Shown: positions 26,523 to 30,494 of the stretch, piece after piece | How positions within the stretch are numbered: the first letter of the stretch is position 1 | Layout of the letters: every line of letters starts with the position of its first letter | Source of the DNA: a virus | Taxonomy: Duplodnaviria > Caudoviricetes | Direction: 5' to 3' (one strand) | DNA: 30,494 nt | IMG/VR virus record: IMGVR_UViG_3300020325_000055 | Coordinates: 1-30,494 of that record | The notes under the pieces: model-generated | Told to the model about the DNA's origin: nothing | Database searches by the model: none | What the model saw: the letters and a program-made list of their open reading frames with translations, nothing else | Made by a program: the position numbers and the translations under genes

Positions 26523-28187
26523 TTATTCGCCCCAACCACGCCAAGCGCCGTTTAGTTTGTTAAGGTCGGATTGTTGGTTCCATAAACTGTCGCCTGCTTT
26601 GGGAAGTGCAAAGTTAGGCGGTGAATAGTATTCGCCCGTAGCTGGCGTACGAGCGAGAACATCGAGGCCGATTGATAAAGCGTCTACCATATCGTCGTGC
26701 GTACCAGATGGGAATGTCTGCATTTCATCGTGAAAGTCGTCGAGCCAGTTGGCTGCGCTCGGTATGAACACCCTACCCCCTTCGATAAGTGGGAGTACGG
26801 CAGCCAGTCGAGTTACCTTGTCGTTAGATATTTTGTACGGGATTACAGATACGCCACTCTCTCTTTTAAGTTCTTGTATGAGAGACTGACCCGATGCTTT
26901 ATCCTCGATGTAGATGCCTCGCAATCCTTTGCCGCGCCATTGGTTGTTAAGCATAATCATTCTTCGTTTAAGATCAGGGAACTCAAAGCGTTCGCGCACT
27001 ACGTCAACGATGTAGATGTCGCCTGTTGCGTCTAAACCCATAGTCATCATTACAGAGTAGTCGCTGTCCTGACGTGCTTTGAAGGCAGTGTCGGCTGCGA
27101 TTATGAGCGAGTTAAATTTTTCTGGCTTCATATCCTCTGGGTAGGTACGCCACCAGTGAGAGCGGATCATGTTACCACCCTGTATATAGGGTGTTTGTTG
27201 GTATAGTGACGCGAACTCTCTGGGGTTCAGTCTTTGACGACGTTCCAAATCTTCGATAGAGAACCGTTCGGGCCACAAGGCAGTCTTTTCAGTCTTACGT
27301 ATGTATCTTTTTCCAGCAGCGAGCTTGCTGGCTTCGCCAGGTGCGAGGTACTCTGGGTGATCGGTTGGTAGATTGGAACGGGAAATTTTACCAACGTCTC
27401 CTTGAATTGCTCTTTCTTCGATGGCTGGAAAGTTGATGTGAAGCCAACGACCTTCGTTCCAGTCGTCGGTTTGCATGAGCCTTCCTGCGAGGTCGTCGGG
27501 ATGCCAACGGGTGAGGATGATGATTTGGGCAGGGGGTATATTGTCAATGTCGGGTTGGAGACGCGTGCTGAGAGCGGATATATAATAATTCCAGACTTTA
27601 TTTCTTTGCGTGGCACTCTCTGCCTCCTCTCTAGACTTGAGTGGATCGTCAAATAAAAGAAGATTTGCAGCTCGCCCTGACGTTGTACCGCCGACGCCTA
27701 TAAAATATCCTGCGCCCCCTCCTGTTGTTCGCCATTGGTCTACCGCTCGGCTGTCTTGTGACATCTCGAACTCTGGGAACGCCTGTGCAGTTAGCGGTTC
27801 GTTGCAGAGATCGCGCACTTGTCGCCCGAAGTCGGTAGCAAGTTGGCTGTTATAAGATGTGGACATAAGAAAGCGTGAGGGTTTGCGAGCCATGAAGTAC
27901 GCAGGGAAAAGTACAGAGCCGTATGTGGACTTGCCGTGTCGTGGTGGCATGGTGATGAGTAGGTTTCGTACGGGTACTTCTTCTGTCTTAGCACGTTCGG
28001 CTACTGATAGACCGAAATGAGAAGTCAGCGTGTTCTTTTCCAGATGGTCAAGCGCATCGATCATGGTTAAGTGGAAATCTGGTAGCTGCCAGTTAGGGTT
28101 TTGTAGGCGTACCCACCCAAGGAAGCTATCTTCGGCTGCTTGTAGCTTTAGTAAGTGTTTAGCTGCGTCCTGTGCGGTTAAGTTCAT
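26523..28187 (-). CDS. terL: Terminase large subunit (554 aa)
   Basis: Walker A MPPRHGKS, Walker B LLLFDDP, coupling motif TRWHPDDL, nuclease residues AADTAFK...DYS, IEDKASG, HDDMVDA. Confidence 0.97.
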   Translation of the reverse strand: MNLTAQDAAKHLLKLQAAEDSFLGWVRLQNPNWQLPDFHLTMIDALDHLEKNTLTSHFGLSVAERAKTEEVPVRNLLITMPPRHGKSTYGSVLFPAYFMARKPSRFLMSTSYNSQLATDFGRQVRDLCNEPLTAQAFPEFEMSQDSRAVDQWRTTGGGAGYFIGVGGTTSGRAANLLLFDDPLKSREEAESATQRNKVWNYYISALSTRLQPDIDNIPPAQIIILTRWHPDDLAGRLMQTDDWNEGRWLHINFPAIEERAIQGDVGKISRSNLPTDHPEYLAPGEASKLAAGKRYIRKTEKTALWPERFSIEDLERRQRLNPREFASLYQQTPYIQGGNMIRSHWWRTYPEDMKPEKFNSLIIAADTAFKARQDSDYSVMMTMGLDATGDIYIVDVVRERFEFPDLKRRMIMLNNQWRGKGLRGIYIEDKASGQSLIQELKRESGVSVIPYKISNDKVTRLAAVLPLIEGGRVFIPSAANWLDDFHDEMQTFPSGTHDDMVDALSIGLDVLARTPATGEYYSPPNFALPKAGDSLWNQQSDLNKLNGAWRGWGE

Positions 28188-28510
28188 TGCTCTTCCTCCA
28201 CGACTTCCCCGTCAATGATCTGGTTCATGCCCGAAGCTATGGCTTCTAGCTGTTCGCGAGACATTTTTTCTGGGGCTTCTTGGATTTGGTGCTCGTGTTG
28301 TACGAACTGTGCGGTCAGATCGGGCATAACCTTGTTAAGCATCGCCGTGAACACCCTTGCTTGGGTCGGGTTCCAGTCTTGCTTACCCATAACTACTGAA
28401 TGAGCTTCATCGATTTGCTTTTCTACACGACGGTATAGGCCAGCTCGCATATTAGCGACTTGTAGTGGCGTTAGTTTCGCCCCTGTTTGTATTGAATTTT
28501 TACGTGACAT
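28184..28510 (-). CDS. terS: Probable terminase small subunit (108 aa)
   Basis: ATGA overlap with terL; helical, LNKVMPDL motif and MSREQLE tail. Confidence 0.7.
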   Translation of the reverse strand: MSRKNSIQTGAKLTPLQVANMRAGLYRRVEKQIDEAHSVVMGKQDWNPTQARVFTAMLNKVMPDLTAQFVQHEHQIQEAPEKMSREQLEAIASGMNQIIDGEVVEEEQ

Positions 28511-28755
28511 TAAGTTTTCCAGACGTTTTCAATTTTGCTCAGATTTCTCGGAGGGTCGGCAATGGCAATTCGCGAAAAGTGATCGGCGGAATAGGGGGCT
28601 GCCCCCCTCCTTTTTTCTTTTTGGCGCGGATTTGGCGCAAAAGCCTCGCAAACTGCTGATTTTAAACGATTTTCCGTCCCCAACTAGGGGAATTTCGAGT
28701 GTTTTTTGGCGGTCAAAAGTTTCCAATTTCGCTCCTCTCGCGGAAAAAAATTAGC

Positions 28756-28800
28756 CATACGCGTATGTTACGCATCTGCGTTACGCATGTCGTCCTGCGT
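28756..28800. repeat. Interlocked ACGCA/TGCGT palindrome and direct-repeat array
   Basis: Perfect palindrome CATACGCGTATG at 28756-28767; GTTACGCAT at 28767-28775 and 28780-28788; TGCGT-T-ACGCA at 28777-28787. Confidence 0.8.
28765..28795 (-). promoter_or_regulatory. Putative late promoter for the terminase genes (GGACGAC-N18-TAACAT)
   Basis: GGACGAC at 28795-28789, same orientation as the other six copies. Confidence 0.6.
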
Positions 28801-28924
28801 GGGCGCGACCAAAGATAAATCTTTGAGGAACATCAATGGGTGCCAGCTTCGATCTTTGGAGGATGGCCTGTGCCCAGATGGTCTGGGCGCGGTTTTATGC
28901 ATGTAACACGAAAAGGAGAAAACC

Positions 28925-29311
28925 ATGCTTATAACACTCGTAGACGCCGCAAAAATGTTCACCAACGCGAAAACCAAAGCAGCCGACGCAGCCGCGTTAC
29001 TCGCGCATTGCAAGAAGCACAAGAAGCCCGACTTCAAGCGCCTAGCAGCCGCCGTCGAAGACAAGGACAAGGCGCTCATCAAGGCGCTCGCCACTGGTGG
29101 TCGCAAGAAGTTCCACGCGTTACGTAACGAGCGTCGAAAAGCCGAGGAGGCCAAAGCGCCTGCGAAGCCGAAGGCTGAGAAGCCCACGAAGTCCAAAGCG
29201 AGCAAGTTGACCACCCAGACTGCCGCCAAGGCGATCGCGGCTTTGGTCGCATCTGGCGACGTTGACAGCCCTCAGATGGACGCGTTGATCGCTTTCATCG
29301 AGCGTTCGTAA
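28925..29311 (+). CDS. Early-type hypothetical protein, Lys/Ala-rich (128 aa)
   Basis: AAAAGGAG RBS; followed by a terminator-like hairpin. Confidence 0.8.
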   Translation: MLITLVDAAKMFTNAKTKAADAAALLAHCKKHKKPDFKRLAAAVEDKDKALIKALATGGRKKFHALRNERRKAEEAKAPAKPKAEKPTKSKASKLTTQTAAKAIAALVASGDVDSPQMDALIAFIERS

Positions 29312-29334
29312 CACCCACAACTGAAGCACATCTC

Positions 29335-29371
29335 AAAGCTCCGCAACGCGCAAGCGTTGTGGGGCTTTTTT
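29335..29371 (+). terminator. Intrinsic terminator or processing hairpin
   Basis: AAAGCTCCGCAACGC-GCAA-GCGTTGTGGGGCTTT: 15-bp stem, GNRA loop, U tract. Confidence 0.8.
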
Positions 29372-29410
29372 GTGCGCTTCTGCACGACAACGAGGACGAA
29401 AGGAGACAAC

Positions 29411-29617
29411 ATGGCCTCAAAACAACAACACCCGATCACGTCTAAGCACGATGATCCACACGACGACGTAGCCGCGACCTGGCTTCCGATCAGCGAACCA
29501 GTCAGCAACATAGTCGCCACAACGCGTACCCGATACGAACTCAGCCGAGACGCTCGCCAGTTCTGCGAGGCAGTCGATGACGAGTTCCTCATGGGCTACA
29601 TGAGGTTCGGCTCATGA
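29411..29617 (+). CDS. Hypothetical protein (68 aa; start revised to 29411)
   Basis: AAAGGAG RBS before MASKQQHP. Confidence 0.7.
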   Translation: MASKQQHPITSKHDDPHDDVAATWLPISEPVSNIVATTRTRYELSRDARQFCEAVDDEFLMGYMRFGS

Positions 29618-29763
29618 CACGCATCCAACACATCGCTTTGAGGGTAGCCGCTATGGCGTTCGCTACGCTCCTCATACTCGAATGGATCGCAGGCTGTGGC
29701 ACACCCGATGGGCAGTGCCTCGCCATTCCAATCACATACACAACCATCATGGGAGGGCAGTAA
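29614..29763 (+). CDS. Small membrane protein or lipoprotein candidate (49 aa; not in the ORF track)
   Basis: MTRIQHIALRVAAMAFATLLILEWIAGCGTPDGQCLAIPITYTTIMGGQ; ATGA and TAATG coupling on both sides. Confidence 0.7.
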   Translation: MTRIQHIALRVAAMAFATLLILEWIAGCGTPDGQCLAIPITYTTIMGGQ

Positions 29764-29996
29764 TGCAAGTCAAAACTCAGAAGGTCGTCTACTGGGACGA
29801 AAACAACAGACAAGTACGCTATGTGCGCTTTGCTGATGTTCGCAAAATGTACGAACACGGATCACTCAACTGCTTACAGGTTGAGTATCTCGCAGACGTT
29901 ACGAACGAGATGAACACCATCGGAGACAAGGAAGATTACCCAGATGTGAGCGCAATGCTCACAACCATCGAGGCTGGTTGGATCGTCCAAGCTTGA
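29763..29996 (+). CDS. Hypothetical protein (77 aa; start revised to 29763)
   Basis: GGAGG RBS and TAATG coupling before MQVKTQKVVYW. Confidence 0.7.
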   Translation: MQVKTQKVVYWDENNRQVRYVRFADVRKMYEHGSLNCLQVEYLADVTNEMNTIGDKEDYPDVSAMLTTIEAGWIVQA

Positions 29997-30041
29997 CATA
30001 TCAACGTCAGCTCCGCGAGGGGCTGACGCTTCATGTGTCAA
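29993..30041 (+). promoter_or_regulatory. Long intergenic hairpin with internal loop, candidate RNase III processing site
   Basis: TTGACATA/TGTGTCAA lower stem, internal loop, CGTCAGCTCC-GCGA-GGGGCTGACG upper stem; no U tract. Confidence 0.6.
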
Positions 30042-30061
30042 CAAAACGAAAGGAGAAACAC

Positions 30062-30493
30062 ATGGCAATAATCACAAATAACCCGACTGCGAACGATCCA
30101 CCATCATGGCTCGAAGCAGTGTGGTCTGCGCTTCAGCACTGGCGTGAAAACTTGCTCGAAGAGGGCGACGAAGTAGACGACAAGGACTGGGACGAGATCA
30201 CCACAAGCATGGCGTGGATAACAGAGGCACTCGATTGCGAGATCGATAGCAATGGCGACACCGTACTCGTCGAACCAGAAGCCAAGATCGTGCAATGCAC
30301 GAACGGTTTAGGCGAGTGGGAACTTATCCTCAAGGACGGCGGCTCGGAAGTATTCGATACGTTCGAAGAGGCAAGTAATCGTGCACTCGAACTCTTCCCG
30401 ATCCAAGACCACGATGTTCTGGCGCGAAATAACGAACCAGACCCGAAGGTCAAGGAGGAAATACGCGAGTTAGTGCAGAGGTACATGAAATGA
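30062..30493 (+). CDS. Acidic early-type hypothetical protein (143 aa; start revised to 30062)
   Basis: AAAGGAG RBS before MAIITNNP; about 34 D/E versus 11 K/R by hand count. Confidence 0.75.
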   Translation: MAIITNNPTANDPPSWLEAVWSALQHWRENLLEEGDEVDDKDWDEITTSMAWITEALDCEIDSNGDTVLVEPEAKIVQCTNGLGEWELILKDGGSEVFDTFEEASNRALELFPIQDHDVLARNNEPDPKVKEEIRELVQRYMK

Positions 30494-30494
30494 A

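Larger units (their letters stand above)
28511..28924. other. Non-coding divergent control region, candidate genome terminus or packaging site
   Basis: Strand switch, A/T tracts, GGGGGC-T-GCCCCC (28594-28606), TCCCC-N5-GGGGA (28677-28691), palindrome array 28756-28800. Confidence 0.6.

Noticed and set aside
28768-29229. 153-aa minus-strand ORF and other minus-strand ORFs of the early region
   Set aside because: Antisense to plus-strand genes that have strong RBSs and translational coupling
29993-29998. Perfect TTGACA as a sigma70 -35 box
   Set aside because: No -10 box at 16-18 nt; better explained as one arm of the hairpin pairing with TGTCAA
1-30494. Alternative genetic code
   Set aside because: Genes tile densely under the standard code, and TAA, TAG and TGA all act as stops

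Overview
A 30.5 kb segment of a tailed dsDNA bacteriophage with podovirus-type organisation. No host genes, tRNA/rRNA, CRISPR or integrase are visible. Positions 1-28510 are one tightly packed minus-strand late region. In transcription order it holds terminase small and large subunits, portal, a fibre/appendage module, a 2OG-Fe(II) oxygenase, a cluster of tiny basic proteins, scaffold, major capsid, adaptor and nozzle, a second fibre, a GNAT protein and four probable ejection proteins; the last runs off the left edge. Positions 28511-28924 are a palindrome-rich divergent control region. Positions 28925-30494 hold small, GC-richer plus-strand early-type genes. Main unexplained signals: (1) the motif RGGACGAC plus a -10-like hexamer 18-19 nt downstream, once in every intergenic gap over 30 nt of the late strand; (2) apparent absence of GANTC and CCGG; (3) five Lys/Arg-rich microproteins, three missing from the ORF track; (4) a virion protein with nested insertions and a putative type-1 copper site; (5) two distant fibre genes with a shared N-terminal anchor; (6) a repeated hairpin + ACGAAAGGAGA cassette before early genes. 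All product calls come from motifs and synteny read by eye; no database search was run.
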